Part shown: positions 31,151 to 40,814 of the stretch, piece after piece
How positions within the stretch are numbered: position 1 is the first letter of the stretch
Layout: each line of letters opens with the position of its first letter
Position numbers and translations under genes: made by a program
Virus record (IMG/VR): IMGVR_UViG_2721755712_000001
Strand: one strand, 5' to 3'
DNA length: 64,000 nt
Source of the DNA: a virus
Taxonomy: Duplodnaviria; Heunggongvirae; Uroviricota; Caudoviricetes
Notes under the pieces: generated by a model
What the model was told of the DNA's origin: nothing
What the model saw: only the letters and a program-made list of their open reading frames with translations
Database searches by the model: none

Positions 31151-32071
31151 TTATTCCTGTGCGGCAGTAACTTCTACAGTTGCTGTCGCTTTGTGGCTAC
31201 CATCTTGGGTAGTAACCTCGATTGTGGCAGTACCAGCCGCAACGCCAGTTACAACACCGGTTTCGCTATCCACCGTTGCAAACTCGGTATTTTTGGATTC
31301 CCAAGTAACGGTTTTATTTGTTGCTCCTGCCGGCTCGACATTTGCGGTCAGCTGAACAGTTTTGTTTGCCTCAACGGTTGTGCTATTTGGGTCGATTTCG
31401 ACGCCGGTAACAGCCACAACAGGCGCAGTTACTTCCACCGTTGCAGTTGCCTTTTTGCTGCCATCTTGGGAAACGATCTCAATCGTCGCAGTGCCAACTT
31501 CTACACCAGTAACGTTCCCGCTCTGGTCTACCGTTGCCTTATCTTCATTTTTTGAAGACCAGGTAACAGCCTTATTCGTCGCATTTGACGGCTGAACATT
31601 CACTTTCAGACTGACTGATTTCCCTTTCTCAACAGAGGTTGAGTCTGGCGTTACCGTTACGGATTGAACGGCTACCGGATTTACGGTGACTTCCACTGAC
31701 GCGGAAAGCTGGGTTTCCTGATCAGTTGCAGTAATTTTTACTTTGCCTGGTGATACGCCAGTTACTAATCCAGTGCCGTTAACGGTTGCAATTTGATCAT
31801 TCGCTGACTTCCAGGTGAATGAACTGGCACTCTTACCCATACTAATACCTGCACTAAGTTGAACAGTTTTCCCAACCAAAACTGACGGTGAAGCCGGGGT
31901 TATGTTTACGGATTGGGAGAGGGGAACCGCCTGCAAACAAGCAGATAGCTGACTTTGTTGCCGCTCGGTTAAAGGTTCATCGGAGATAGAATTGGTAAAT
32001 CCGGCGCGGCACATATGCCCCGTAAAATCCGAAAATGCCTCTTCCGTAATCTTCATCTTTTGTTCTGGCAT
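31151..32071 (-). CDS. Ig-like (Big_2 repeat) capsid decoration-type protein
   Basis: 306 aa; at least three Ig-like repeats (VTxVxVxPxSxTVxxGKxVQLxAxVxPxxATNKxVTWxS); follows the capsid gene after a terminator. Confidence 0.5.
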   Translation of the reverse strand: MPEQKMKITEEAFSDFTGHMCRAGFTNSISDEPLTERQQSQLSACLQAVPLSQSVNITPASPSVLVGKTVQLSAGISMGKSASSFTWKSANDQIATVNGTGLVTGVSPGKVKITATDQETQLSASVEVTVNPVAVQSVTVTPDSTSVEKGKSVSLKVNVQPSNATNKAVTWSSKNEDKATVDQSGNVTGVEVGTATIEIVSQDGSKKATATVEVTAPVVAVTGVEIDPNSTTVEANKTVQLTANVEPAGATNKTVTWESKNTEFATVDSETGVVTGVAAGTATIEVTTQDGSHKATATVEVTAAQE

Positions 32072-32083
32072 TTCTTGCTCCTA

Positions 32084-32113
32084 CAAAAAGGGTGGGCGTA
32101 TAGCCCACCCTTT
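32084..32113 (-). terminator. rho-independent terminator after the major capsid gene
   Basis: Minus-strand RNA AAAGGGUGGGC-UAUAC-GCCCACCC-UUUUU, just upstream of the decoration gene RBS (AGGAG). Confidence 0.6.
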
Positions 32114-32117
32114 AACA

Positions 32118-32135
32118 TAGATAATTACTTATCTA
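32118..32135 (-). promoter_or_regulatory. class II motif, perfect palindrome TAGATAAGTAATTATCTA, between capsid stop and terminator
   Basis: 7-bp arms TAGATAA/TTATCTA around GTAA; same family as other structural-gene upstream motifs. Confidence 0.45.
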
Positions 32136-32144
32136 CTGCACTGA

Positions 32145-33020
32145 TTAAATTTTTACATTGGTCAGTGCAGCGATAGCCTTATCGTGCTTATTCGCCAGAG
32201 AGCAGTACCACTTCACACGGGTACGTACTGCGTCTTTGTTCTGTACAGTGCCAATGTTTTCAACAACGATACCTGCGTTGTCGCCGCCATACAGACCAGT
32301 AACGCCGTTCTCTTCTGACAGGTGCAGGCAGTAGATGCTTGCTTTGCCAGAATCGGTCGGGATGAAGTCGTTGATGATGAACGGAACGCCGTTATGACAC
32401 AGCATCGGACGACCAAAGTTCTCCATCATGATTTCAGACGGACCTACGTTTACTGTACGCAGCAGCGCACGATAAGCACGCAGGTGCTCTGAACGCATCA
32501 TGATGCAGTCAGCACCAAGATCTTTCACCGCATCGACCAGTTCGTCGAACATAGAGAAAGTCATAGATGCACCGGCGATATCGATCTTCTGATCTGCGTG
32601 CATCAGGCGTGGAATGCCGTCAAACGCCTTGTTGTTGGAGCTGGAGTCACCCAAAATCAGGTTGCGACGGAACGCACGAGCCAGACCTTTAACTTTCTGA
32701 CGAACCTGAATAGCCAACTGGTTGTTGGTGTCGGCCATAGTGGTCGCCAGGAATTTATCAACGTCTACGTCACCAGCCAGAATACGCAGTTTCGCAACGC
32801 ATTCTTCGAAGGTTGCTGCACCTTCAGGGATGGTGTCGTTAACGTCGATGAAGGTAGCTTCACTCAGCGTTTTTTCACGGTTGTACAGATATGCCTTTGA
32901 ATTAATTTTCATAAAAGGCAGGATGGCAAACAGGTCATCGCGATCGATGATAGTTTCGATCACACCCTGTTCAAGTTCGTTGTTAGACAGCTTTTCAGCT
33001 TCTTCACGCAGTAATGGCAT
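32145..33020 (-). CDS. major capsid protein
   Basis: 291 aa; position after scaffold and before decoration gene; strong downstream terminator consistent with high expression. Fold not verified. Confidence 0.6.
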   Translation of the reverse strand: MPLLREEAEKLSNNELEQGVIETIIDRDDLFAILPFMKINSKAYLYNREKTLSEATFIDVNDTIPEGAATFEECVAKLRILAGDVDVDKFLATTMADTNNQLAIQVRQKVKGLARAFRRNLILGDSSSNNKAFDGIPRLMHADQKIDIAGASMTFSMFDELVDAVKDLGADCIMMRSEHLRAYRALLRTVNVGPSEIMMENFGRPMLCHNGVPFIINDFIPTDSGKASIYCLHLSEENGVTGLYGGDNAGIVVENIGTVQNKDAVRTRVKWYCSLANKHDKAIAALTNVKI

Positions 33021-33045
33021 CTATCAATTCCCTTTGATTTAGATG

Positions 33046-33933
33046 TTACTTAAGTCCAATTTTCCCCAGACCGGAGGCCAACTTATCCATAGTCGACTTG
33101 TTCTTCGGTCGGGATATTGTGTAGGTCGATTTGGAATGTGAGCCTACACCCTGCTTGGCTTCGCTACGCATCAATGCGTCAGCTTCCGGATCTGCCCGCA
33201 CAATGCGTTCAATCGCGGATTCAAACGGCAACGGCTTACCTTCACCGTCAACCAGAACAGCTCGTTCTTTGTGACCTGCCGGTTTGTCATAACCCACTAC
33301 GCTACCGTCTTCACCCACTTCAAAATGAGAACCGTAGATCACGCGGGCTTTTGCCGGGGTCATCAGAACTTTGTCACGTAGGAAGAGAGAGTTACTGAAG
33401 GAAGCGCCCACGGTCATCTCGACTAATTGAGATTTCAGTGATGCGTTTTCACTTTCCAGTGCTGCATAACGTTCGTCACGCTGTGCCAGCTCTGCCTGGT
33501 GTGCTTCGATCATCTGTTTTTTAACAGCATCGAACTCACCACGACGCTCCAGTTCAGCTTGCTCCGCCTCACGACGTGCGTTTTCTGCGGCTTGTTCAGC
33601 TTCTAAAAGCTGGCGAGCACGAGCCGGATCGATATCACCGTACTGAGCAAGCTGATCGGCCAATGTGCGCTCTTTCTCTTTGCGCTTCATGTTCTCCTTC
33701 AGCAGTTCAGCACCAGCTTTCTTGGTTTTACGAAGTTCGGCCAGTAACTCTTCCTGAGTCATGCCAGCGTATTCGTCATCGCCCTTCGGCTGCTCTTTTT
33801 GTTCACCCTGTTTGTCAGGATCTTGTGTACTCTGCTCATTATCAGCAGCTACACCGCCAGCGCCTCCACGCTCATGCGCTTCAGCGACATCCATCAGACC
33901 ACGACGGGCCAAAAGCATTTGCCACAGATTCAT
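33046..33933 (-). CDS. scaffolding protein
   Basis: 295 aa, highly charged alpha-helical/coiled-coil composition; between portal and capsid genes. Confidence 0.55.
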   Translation of the reverse strand: MNLWQMLLARRGLMDVAEAHERGGAGGVAADNEQSTQDPDKQGEQKEQPKGDDEYAGMTQEELLAELRKTKKAGAELLKENMKRKEKERTLADQLAQYGDIDPARARQLLEAEQAAENARREAEQAELERRGEFDAVKKQMIEAHQAELAQRDERYAALESENASLKSQLVEMTVGASFSNSLFLRDKVLMTPAKARVIYGSHFEVGEDGSVVGYDKPAGHKERAVLVDGEGKPLPFESAIERIVRADPEADALMRSEAKQGVGSHSKSTYTISRPKNKSTMDKLASGLGKIGLK

Positions 33934-33954
33934 AAAAATTCCTTTTGTTACTTA

Positions 33955-35529
33955 TCACTCGTTCTCTTGAGTAGATGAGTCCCCATTCCCTCGGGGTTGA
34001 TCTTGCCCGCTTTCTTGGGCTGCACCACGATCATAAGTAAGTACTGACTTATTTTCAAGGGTATTTAGATCATTTTTTGGAGGAAAATTCAAGAGATCTT
34101 TATCAAATTCCTTTTTCATCGCCTCAGTAATGTTCGGGAAAATCTTCTCAATAAGCATTTCCATCTGGTGACGACGTACAGAGTCCGGTGCCTGAAGTAA
34201 TGACAGTTTCTCGGCAACAGAAAATTCATCAGTAAGGCCACGAATATCGAAACTTTCTGGATACGCAATTAAAGAGTGGTCTTCGTCCAGATCTACCCCC
34301 ATCCATTTCGCAACCAGTAGCATGATTTGGCGTTCAGCCCTTTCCAGACGCTCTGCTTTTGTGACAAGCAAGCTATTTACACGCTGGAAGTCATACATTT
34401 TTGCGGCACCAGATGAGTTATCGATTCCCTGTGCGTTGTCCTGCTTCGTTCGCTCACCAGCTACACCAACTGAATGGTAGATTTCGTTAATCACCGTCTT
34501 AATCGTAGTGATGATCATCTGAGCTTGTTTCGGGTCTGGTGACAGATAAAACGGCTGGTTTCCACCTTCAGAATCGTAGGTGAAGACTCGCTTTGTGCCC
34601 ATTTCAAGCACTTTAGTGTGGTTTTCATCACCAGGTAAAAGCGACTGTACCGGTATAGCCAACTGGCTAAATGTCTGATCCTGAATAATGGCATCAAGGT
34701 TTGACAGATAGTTTGCAACCGCACGATCAAGATAAGCGATATCATCGATCAACGATGGGCTGAAATACGGTGATTCACTTTCTCCAATACAATCAACAGG
34801 AAATACAGGAACTACGCCGAGATTATGCGCGCCGCTGTCCTCTAAAATAACTTTTGCCTGACGACGACCTGCTCCACCAGCGCCCTTCTTCACTTCCTCA
34901 CGGAACAGATACCACTCGTTTTGTGTCCACAGACGATAACGTTGGTATTCCTGACCTGTAGAAGTAAAAGGATCTGCGTCATCGCGAGCGACTTCCACAA
35001 TTAACGCCCATAACATATTCCCGTCGTCGTCCCATGCCACATCCAGCATTTGCTGAGGTGAAATCCAGTAGGCGTAGGCGCGAGCATCTTTCTTTTTCTC
35101 GTCAGCTACTGACTCAACATCACCACTCATCGTGCTATCGACAACAACCCATATGCGACCGTAAATAGACGACTGCAAATCAATAGCGGCCATAAATGAG
35201 TCAATAGAGGCATTCTGGCGAGTCGCACGTTTCCAGAAATTGCGGATCTGCTCTGGTGCCTCTTCGATATTTCTATGAATGTCTTCTTTAAAGAGATATT
35301 TGTTGATGAGGTTTACCACCTCACGAGTGTGGTTGAAGCGATAAGCACGTTCAACTCGCTCCTTAAACTCCTGATCTCCCTCTTTAAAGTAACGAAAGAT
35401 ATTGTCTGTAAACCAACCACGCCCGCCAGCGTAAGTGCTGGCGAGGAAGTCCCAATGTTCTTTTTTCTTTTCGTATTCCGGGTGGCGTCGCGCCACCAGA
35501 TCCTTAATTTGTTTGTCGTTCAATTCCAT
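33955..35529 (-). CDS. portal protein
   Basis: 524 aa, immediately downstream of terL and upstream of scaffold, the canonical portal position. Confidence 0.6.
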   Translation of the reverse strand: MELNDKQIKDLVARRHPEYEKKKEHWDFLASTYAGGRGWFTDNIFRYFKEGDQEFKERVERAYRFNHTREVVNLINKYLFKEDIHRNIEEAPEQIRNFWKRATRQNASIDSFMAAIDLQSSIYGRIWVVVDSTMSGDVESVADEKKKDARAYAYWISPQQMLDVAWDDDGNMLWALIVEVARDDADPFTSTGQEYQRYRLWTQNEWYLFREEVKKGAGGAGRRQAKVILEDSGAHNLGVVPVFPVDCIGESESPYFSPSLIDDIAYLDRAVANYLSNLDAIIQDQTFSQLAIPVQSLLPGDENHTKVLEMGTKRVFTYDSEGGNQPFYLSPDPKQAQMIITTIKTVINEIYHSVGVAGERTKQDNAQGIDNSSGAAKMYDFQRVNSLLVTKAERLERAERQIMLLVAKWMGVDLDEDHSLIAYPESFDIRGLTDEFSVAEKLSLLQAPDSVRRHQMEMLIEKIFPNITEAMKKEFDKDLLNFPPKNDLNTLENKSVLTYDRGAAQESGQDQPRGNGDSSTQENE

Positions 35530-35540
35530 TTGAATAACCT

Positions 35541-35560
35541 TAGATAATTACTTACCTATC
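35541..35560 (-). promoter_or_regulatory. class II motif (minus-strand GATAGGTAAGTAATTATCTA) overlapping terL stop, 15 nt upstream of portal start
   Basis: Shares the core ATAGGTAAGTAATTA with the fibre-gene upstream site. Confidence 0.45.
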
Positions 35561-36812
35561 GAGAACCACCAAGAATAACACGGTTTTTGACTGGATACCT
35601 ACGATGTACTGGATAGCCCAATGCGTCTGCACTATGCTCAATGCCACCTGTCTTATCCATATCTCGTGTTCCAGGCTTGTAGATGACTTTTTCCAGTGAA
35701 TCAATCAAATGCTTGCACTTCGGATCGATATACAGCCGGATATCTCCAGATGCGGTCATCAGCATTCGGTTAACAGCATTAACACGATCCGCAATTGGCG
35801 GGTGCTTTTTCGAATAATCGACACGTAAGAATCCCTTCTCTTTGAATATGTCGACGTCAGACTCCCCGCGAGCATGTTGGCGATAAGCACCTGCCGGATC
35901 TGGAAATACCGTTATCTGTGATTTCCAGCGCCAGAAGCGTCTCTCAAGCTCATCACAAACCTCTGCCGTGTTAGAGGAAAAGAGCACCAATTCATCAATT
36001 GCCCATAGCTCACCATTTGGCTGAGGTTGCAAAATTACGGAAGACATCGGGTCAATGTTGAAGTCCTGCCCTACCCATATAGGCAACCGAGGGTTGAACT
36101 GAAGCGGTTTTACATGCACGTTACGATCAAACGGGTAGTAAACGCGCCCGGACATGTTCTCAAAGCTGGCCAGGTACTCCTGAGCGAACGATTTGGGGTC
36201 CATATCGTTCTTAGCAGCTTCAATTTCCGCCGTAGGTACAAACGGAGAATCGGCAGTTACAAACTGCCAGCTCTTCCACTGTCCCTTTCTTTGCAGCTCT
36301 ACGTTCTGGCCTATAGTCCACAGTTTGTGAAATTCCGAGAAGCCTTTTGGCGTACCAATGATCAGTGCACCGCCGCGTGTCGATGAAAGAGTAGGTCGTA
36401 ACACCTTGTACCAGGTGTCAGCCTTCATATCCTGAAATTCATCAAGCACTACAAAATGCAACGCTACGCCGCGCAGAGTGTCAGGCTTATCAGCACCTTT
36501 GAGGGCGATCTCCGAACCGTTCTTCAACACGATTGTCATCGTGGTGTCGTTCTTTTTCCTAACCCACTTACGAGGCAGAACTTCCTGTAGATCGTCCCAC
36601 AAAATCTGGCGAGCCATTTGGTAAGTAGGAGCGACATACCAGACCCTTTGCTTTTTTTCCTTTGCCGCCGCACGAATAATAGTGGAGATCGACAACCGGG
36701 ATTTTCCCCAGCGTCGACCAGCACAAACAACTTTAAATCGATGCGGAGACTGGAAGACTTTCATCTGTCCAGAATGCAGTTGCACAAGACTGAGCGAGGA
36801 CGGGATTGCCAT
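35556..36812 (-). CDS. terminase large subunit
   Basis: 418 aa; Walker A-like VVCAGRRWGKS near N-terminus, acidic nuclease-like C-terminal half; start overlaps terS stop. Confidence 0.8.
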   Translation of the reverse strand: MAIPSSLSLVQLHSGQMKVFQSPHRFKVVCAGRRWGKSRLSISTIIRAAAKEKKQRVWYVAPTYQMARQILWDDLQEVLPRKWVRKKNDTTMTIVLKNGSEIALKGADKPDTLRGVALHFVVLDEFQDMKADTWYKVLRPTLSSTRGGALIIGTPKGFSEFHKLWTIGQNVELQRKGQWKSWQFVTADSPFVPTAEIEAAKNDMDPKSFAQEYLASFENMSGRVYYPFDRNVHVKPLQFNPRLPIWVGQDFNIDPMSSVILQPQPNGELWAIDELVLFSSNTAEVCDELERRFWRWKSQITVFPDPAGAYRQHARGESDVDIFKEKGFLRVDYSKKHPPIADRVNAVNRMLMTASGDIRLYIDPKCKHLIDSLEKVIYKPGTRDMDKTGGIEHSADALGYPVHRRYPVKNRVILGGSR

Positions 36813-37444
36813 TATTCGTCCTCCTCTTCACTTCCATCATCTGTCGCATCAAATTCGCTTAGAGCTTCTTCTTCCAACGTCTCAAGCAATTCGTCATCGA
36901 TGATTTCAGGCTCGTCGTCTTCCTGACGTAATTTCGCCACCTGGGAAGGCGTAAGCTCACCAAATACCAGGTTCGGAATTTCTTCCTCGTCATTTTCCGC
37001 ATGATCCATGCCCAATGCTTTGGACGAAACTTCAAAGCATTTTGCAAGGGTATTACTGGCTCTCTGTAAGCTCTTGAGAGAATCCTCAATCGCCCCTAAA
37101 GGCTTACCCTCACGTTTGGCCGTAGTGACTTCGACCATCACCATCTGCCCCAACGCATACGCCCAGCCGTCATAACGTGTACGACGTTCTTCTATCTTTT
37201 CCGCACGGGCTTTAGCGCGAAGCTCTGCGTCAGATTTAAGAGACTCACGAACCATCTTCCCAACAGAGTCCGCACCTTTCTCTAATCCTCGCTTTTTGAA
37301 ATGTCTGGAGAGTGTTTCACGACGAATGCCGTACTCTTCCTCCAGCTTTGAGAGTGTATATTCGCCTGACGTCCATTTGGCTTCAGCTTCGGCCCACTCC
37401 GCTGGTGTCAGGCGAGTTTTTACCTCGTCTTTTTCGACCGTCAT
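36812..37444 (-). CDS. terminase small subunit (putative)
   Basis: 210 aa, HTH-like N-terminus, very acidic C-terminal tail, coupled to terL. Confidence 0.55.
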   Translation of the reverse strand: MTVEKDEVKTRLTPAEWAEAEAKWTSGEYTLSKLEEEYGIRRETLSRHFKKRGLEKGADSVGKMVRESLKSDAELRAKARAEKIEERRTRYDGWAYALGQMVMVEVTTAKREGKPLGAIEDSLKSLQRASNTLAKCFEVSSKALGMDHAENDEEEIPNLVFGELTPSQVAKLRQEDDEPEIIDDELLETLEEEALSEFDATDDGSEEEDE

Positions 37445-37454
37445 AGATCCCTCT

Positions 37455-37480
37455 AAAACACACAGAGCGCGTCCATGCGC
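37455..37480 (-). terminator. hairpin (AGAGCGC-ATGGAC-GCGCUCU then GUGUGUUUU) between promoter/operator region and terS start
   Basis: 7-bp GC-rich stem followed by a U-rich tract immediately upstream of the terS RBS (AGAGGGA); candidate attenuator/antitermination target. Confidence 0.4.
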
Positions 37481-37535
37481 TCTAAAACAACTTGTTTACT
37501 GAATCTGCTAACCAACTTGTTTTCTGGGGTGTTTA
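37481..37535 (-). promoter_or_regulatory. two adjacent class I operator-like palindromes upstream of terS
   Basis: AAAACAACTTGTTTAC and AACCAACTTGTTTTCTGG, followed by GGGGTGTTTAATTAG (minus strand CTAATTAAACACCCC), matching the class I leader consensus. Confidence 0.45.
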
Positions 37536-37561
37536 ATTAGGTCTGGGCATGTCTTATTAAG

Positions 37562-37616
37562 CCTGCTTCCGTATATATTTAATAAGTTACTTATTATTTA
37601 TATATACAGAAGCAGG
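37562..37616. repeat. 55-bp AT-rich palindromic element, copy 2 (identical to 6256..6310)
   Basis: Identical over 55 bp to copy 1, with similar imperfect flanks; lies between the wHTH gene and the terS regulatory region. Confidence 0.85.
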
Positions 37617-37640
37617 TCTTTAAATAAGCTCCCAGACCGA

Positions 37641-37907
37641 TTACATCACCAGTAACTTCGCTTTGGCTCGACCTAAAGTGGTTAACCCAAGAGTTCGGCG
37701 GTGATAGCGATTGTCACTGCGTTGGCGCGTATGCCCTTTCTCCACCAGCCCCTTTTTTATCAGAGCGCGAATTGAGAACTGGATACTTTGCTTGGTTGTC
37801 TTGTACGGCAAAACTTCAAGCAATTCGTCCAGATCAAGTAAATGACCTCGCTCATAACCGAGATTGAGCGTTTTGATGATGTCCTTTTGTTTATCGGTTA
37901 ACGTCAT
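37641..37907 (-). CDS. small winged-helix-like DNA-binding protein (putative regulator), last gene of the ParB/ATPase cassette
   Basis: 88 aa, basic C-terminus; AAGGA RBS 9 nt after the stop of the upstream gene. Confidence 0.4.
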   Translation of the reverse strand: MTLTDKQKDIIKTLNLGYERGHLLDLDELLEVLPYKTTKQSIQFSIRALIKKGLVEKGHTRQRSDNRYHRRTLGLTTLGRAKAKLLVM

Positions 37908-37916
37908 GGCAAATCC

Positions 37917-38807
37917 TTATGCCGGTAAAGCAATTTCTAACGGTTTATCCAAAGGTTGTTTGTCGAATGCCAGCAGTGGCAGCGTGTCAGGCAGCCGACG
38001 ACCAAAGTCAGGGTTTCGGTACACACCATACAACGGAGACGTAAAGCTCAGGTTGTGAATGTCCTTGAGCAGCTTCACAATGCTGGCCTCGTCCACCAGA
38101 CTGTCGGCAATGTCCTGAATCGTCGTGCCACGATTCCGCCCAGCTTTTGCCAGGGAACTGTTCTTGTGGTAGTCCGCTACCAGATCACGCAGTGCACGGC
38201 GACGACGAGACTCGCTCATTGCGAACAACTCTTTGACGATCGCCTCGTTATCACCCGGGTCGGAACGGAAATGGCGCTGGAATACACGCAGTGCACTTTC
38301 ATAGCTCTTCGGTCGCTCAGGGCGGATGAACTTAAACCCTGCTTTCATGGCGAAGGGATTGTATTTGCTCATCGAGGACTGGATCTCAATGATTGGCCGG
38401 TCATGCATCCTGCTAACCAGGTTAATCATTCGATAAGAGACGCCTACGCCACGATACTGAGTATCCACAACTGAGCGACTGATCACCGCAAAGTTGTTAT
38501 TCACGTACCGACCCCAGTACTGGTTAGCCACGGTGGTATTAGTGGTTGGTTTCAACTTAGGAAACATGCGGTGGCGAGGTGCCAACAGTAGTTTCGGGTA
38601 AGCCATAACCACGACGCCCACCAGACGGTCATCAAGTTCGCAGCGATAGTAAGTTGGCGCGAAAGGTTTGCCGTCTGTTTTGTAGTGAAGCGACTTAAGA
38701 GCGTGCCAGTCCTCTACAGTTCCCTTTGTGACAGTCATTCGCTCCAGAAAGTCCAGATGACGCGGAAACTCTTCAGGGCGGTAGCGTTTAATGATGATGT
38801 CCGTCAT
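37917..38807 (-). CDS. GNAT-fold acetyltransferase-like protein
   Basis: 296 aa; motif VVDTQYRGVGVSYRMINLV resembles GNAT motif A; start overlaps the ATPase stop (ATGA). Confidence 0.45.
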   Translation of the reverse strand: MTDIIIKRYRPEEFPRHLDFLERMTVTKGTVEDWHALKSLHYKTDGKPFAPTYYRCELDDRLVGVVVMAYPKLLLAPRHRMFPKLKPTTNTTVANQYWGRYVNNNFAVISRSVVDTQYRGVGVSYRMINLVSRMHDRPIIEIQSSMSKYNPFAMKAGFKFIRPERPKSYESALRVFQRHFRSDPGDNEAIVKELFAMSESRRRRALRDLVADYHKNSSLAKAGRNRGTTIQDIADSLVDEASIVKLLKDIHNLSFTSPLYGVYRNPDFGRRLPDTLPLLAFDKQPLDKPLEIALPA

Positions 38808-39469
38808 AAATGAACCTCATCATGACTACCATTGTGATATTCCACCTTCACGCGTTCTTTGTAGTGCTTGGTGATCTGCATATCCGGGCGCAGCGCGTTC
38901 TTCAGGTCTTCGTGAGTCGTCGCCACCATTACCGTCGCACCAACCTTTCGAGCGGCACGCTGGAGGTTAGATGCCACAACCTGAGCGGTTACACGGTCTA
39001 GAACAGCCCCGAACTCGTCAGCAGCCCACACTTTAGCGCCTGACTCAATCAGTTTGGCAATCTTGAGACGATATTTCTGGCCGTCTGACATTTCAGAAGG
39101 CTTGCGAACAAACAGATATGCATCGTTCAGACCAGCCATAGATAACAACCCAAGCGCATCACTGGTCGTTTTGCCCAACTGATCGATGACGTTAACCTCA
39201 TTATCGAAGGTAAAATCATCGATGGAGGCTACAGACAGCCCTTCATCCTTCATCTGTCGTTGCAACTCGCGCAGCACAACGGATTTGCCGGATCCGGATT
39301 GGCCGGTGATGTACACCACATCGCCCTGCTTCACTTCCAGCTCCAGATTGTCGTAAAGCGTCCACTCTTTTTCGTCCAGGCCAAGCCCGAACGACTCAGC
39401 GATTTCCAACGTGCGCGTGGTTTTATTTACGCGTGTCTGAAACGATACGTTGATGATGTATTTGCTCAT
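38804..39469 (-). CDS. ABC-type ATPase (soluble, no membrane domain)
   Basis: Walker A GQSGSGKS, signature-like MSDGQKYRL, Walker B VWAADEF, H-loop-like ATTHE; 221 aa; start overlaps upstream stop. Confidence 0.65.
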   Translation of the reverse strand: MSKYIINVSFQTRVNKTTRTLEIAESFGLGLDEKEWTLYDNLELEVKQGDVVYITGQSGSGKSVVLRELQRQMKDEGLSVASIDDFTFDNEVNVIDQLGKTTSDALGLLSMAGLNDAYLFVRKPSEMSDGQKYRLKIAKLIESGAKVWAADEFGAVLDRVTAQVVASNLQRAARKVGATVMVATTHEDLKNALRPDMQITKHYKERVKVEYHNGSHDEVHL

Positions 39470-40134
39470 GCAGCCATCTCCCCGGAAGAGATCTTCTCCG
39501 CATATGCCACAAATGCGTCTACCCCGCTTTCTCCTGTCATTTCTTCCATGTGGGCAAGCAAATCACCAACAACAATGGCAGAGCCAGCAGGGAGCGTTTT
39601 AAAGCCCAATACGTCGACAACACGTACTTCTTCCGCTGCAACTTCACGACTGATCTCGGTGTGTTCATCCTTCTGTCGTTTAGTTTCTTCGCCAAGATCG
39701 ATAACTAGCGAGTCGGTGTCCATTTCTTCTGTCATACTGCCAACGAGAACATTCAACTCACGCTCTTCAAAGCCGAAAACCTCGATATCGTCCAGAACAA
39801 GCGACTCAAGCTCTTTCTGTAGCTTAATTGCATCGTAATCAATGCTGGCTAGTCGGTTATCTTCAAGGCGCTTCGCACGAACCTCGTCATCACTGAGATC
39901 ATCGCGAACAATAACCGGTACGCGCTCAAGTCCAGCAAAAATTGCAGCCTCACGGCGGCCGTGGCCAGTAATAATTACGTCGTTCTTATCGACCGTAATT
40001 GGCTGGTCAAATCCGCGCTTTTTAATGGCTGCGGCCAGATCTCGGATCTGCTGTTCATCATGCTTTTTGGCATTCATCTCATAGGGAATAAGATCTGCCG
40101 GGTCGCGATATACGATTTCAAACTTTTTGGTCAT
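39466..40134 (-). CDS. ParB-like nuclease domain protein (paralogue 2)
   Basis: ParB/Srx-type motif IITGHGRREAA; acidic C-terminal half; TAATG overlap with upstream gene. Confidence 0.6.
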   Translation of the reverse strand: MTKKFEIVYRDPADLIPYEMNAKKHDEQQIRDLAAAIKKRGFDQPITVDKNDVIITGHGRREAAIFAGLERVPVIVRDDLSDDEVRAKRLEDNRLASIDYDAIKLQKELESLVLDDIEVFGFEERELNVLVGSMTEEMDTDSLVIDLGEETKRQKDEHTEISREVAAEEVRVVDVLGFKTLPAGSAIVVGDLLAHMEEMTGESGVDAFVAYAEKISSGEMAA

Positions 40135-40814
40135 TACATACGCTCCTTGTAGTAGTCGACCAGCCACACCAGAGCCTCACCAGCGTTCTCCATTTCATTA
40201 CCGGTGTTAATAGCCTGCTCTTTGATGATGTTTTTTATGGTTTCTGCAACGCGATCTGACGCATCGAAGGTTACTTTGAAGCGCATGGTCTGATGTTCCG
40301 CACCGACACGTTCGGTTTTCTCTCGTTTGTCGGTATCGACAGGCTCGTCACCGCCACGAGACAACGCCTCCAGTGCTTCAAGGTCGATTGCAGCCTCTTT
40401 TGCTAAAACCATCGAGATTTCGTCGTCATACGGGGCGATTTCAGACAGTTGATAGTCAAGTTCTGACTGAATTTCTTCAATGAAGCGTTGCAATGCGATT
40501 TGGTCGTCTTCACCGTATCGCTCGTTGTCCACCAGTGACATCTGTTTAGCTACGACATCGCTAATTTTGCCCACAGAAAGCACCGGAACCGTTGAAATTC
40601 CTTGCTCAATAGCAGCACGCCAGCGATGTTCGCCGCCGAGGATTTCAAAAAATCCATCTTCAAGTTCACGAGCCAAAATTGGCTTAAAAAAGCCCAATTT
40701 TTCGATAGAACCTTTCAGTTTTTCAAAATTCTGCGCACCAACCGAATTGGTGTTCCAGGTATTCGGGCGAAGGTTGGCAACATCAACCTGCAAAATCGTG
40801 ATTTTTACATCCAT
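40134..40814 (-). CDS. ParB-like nuclease domain protein (paralogue 1)
   Basis: ParB-box-like ILGGEHRWRAA; first gene of a five-gene coupled cassette; ATG at 40812-40814 preferred over the GTG at 40832. Confidence 0.6.
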   Translation of the reverse strand: MDVKITILQVDVANLRPNTWNTNSVGAQNFEKLKGSIEKLGFFKPILARELEDGFFEILGGEHRWRAAIEQGISTVPVLSVGKISDVVAKQMSLVDNERYGEDDQIALQRFIEEIQSELDYQLSEIAPYDDEISMVLAKEAAIDLEALEALSRGGDEPVDTDKREKTERVGAEHQTMRFKVTFDASDRVAETIKNIIKEQAINTGNEMENAGEALVWLVDYYKERM

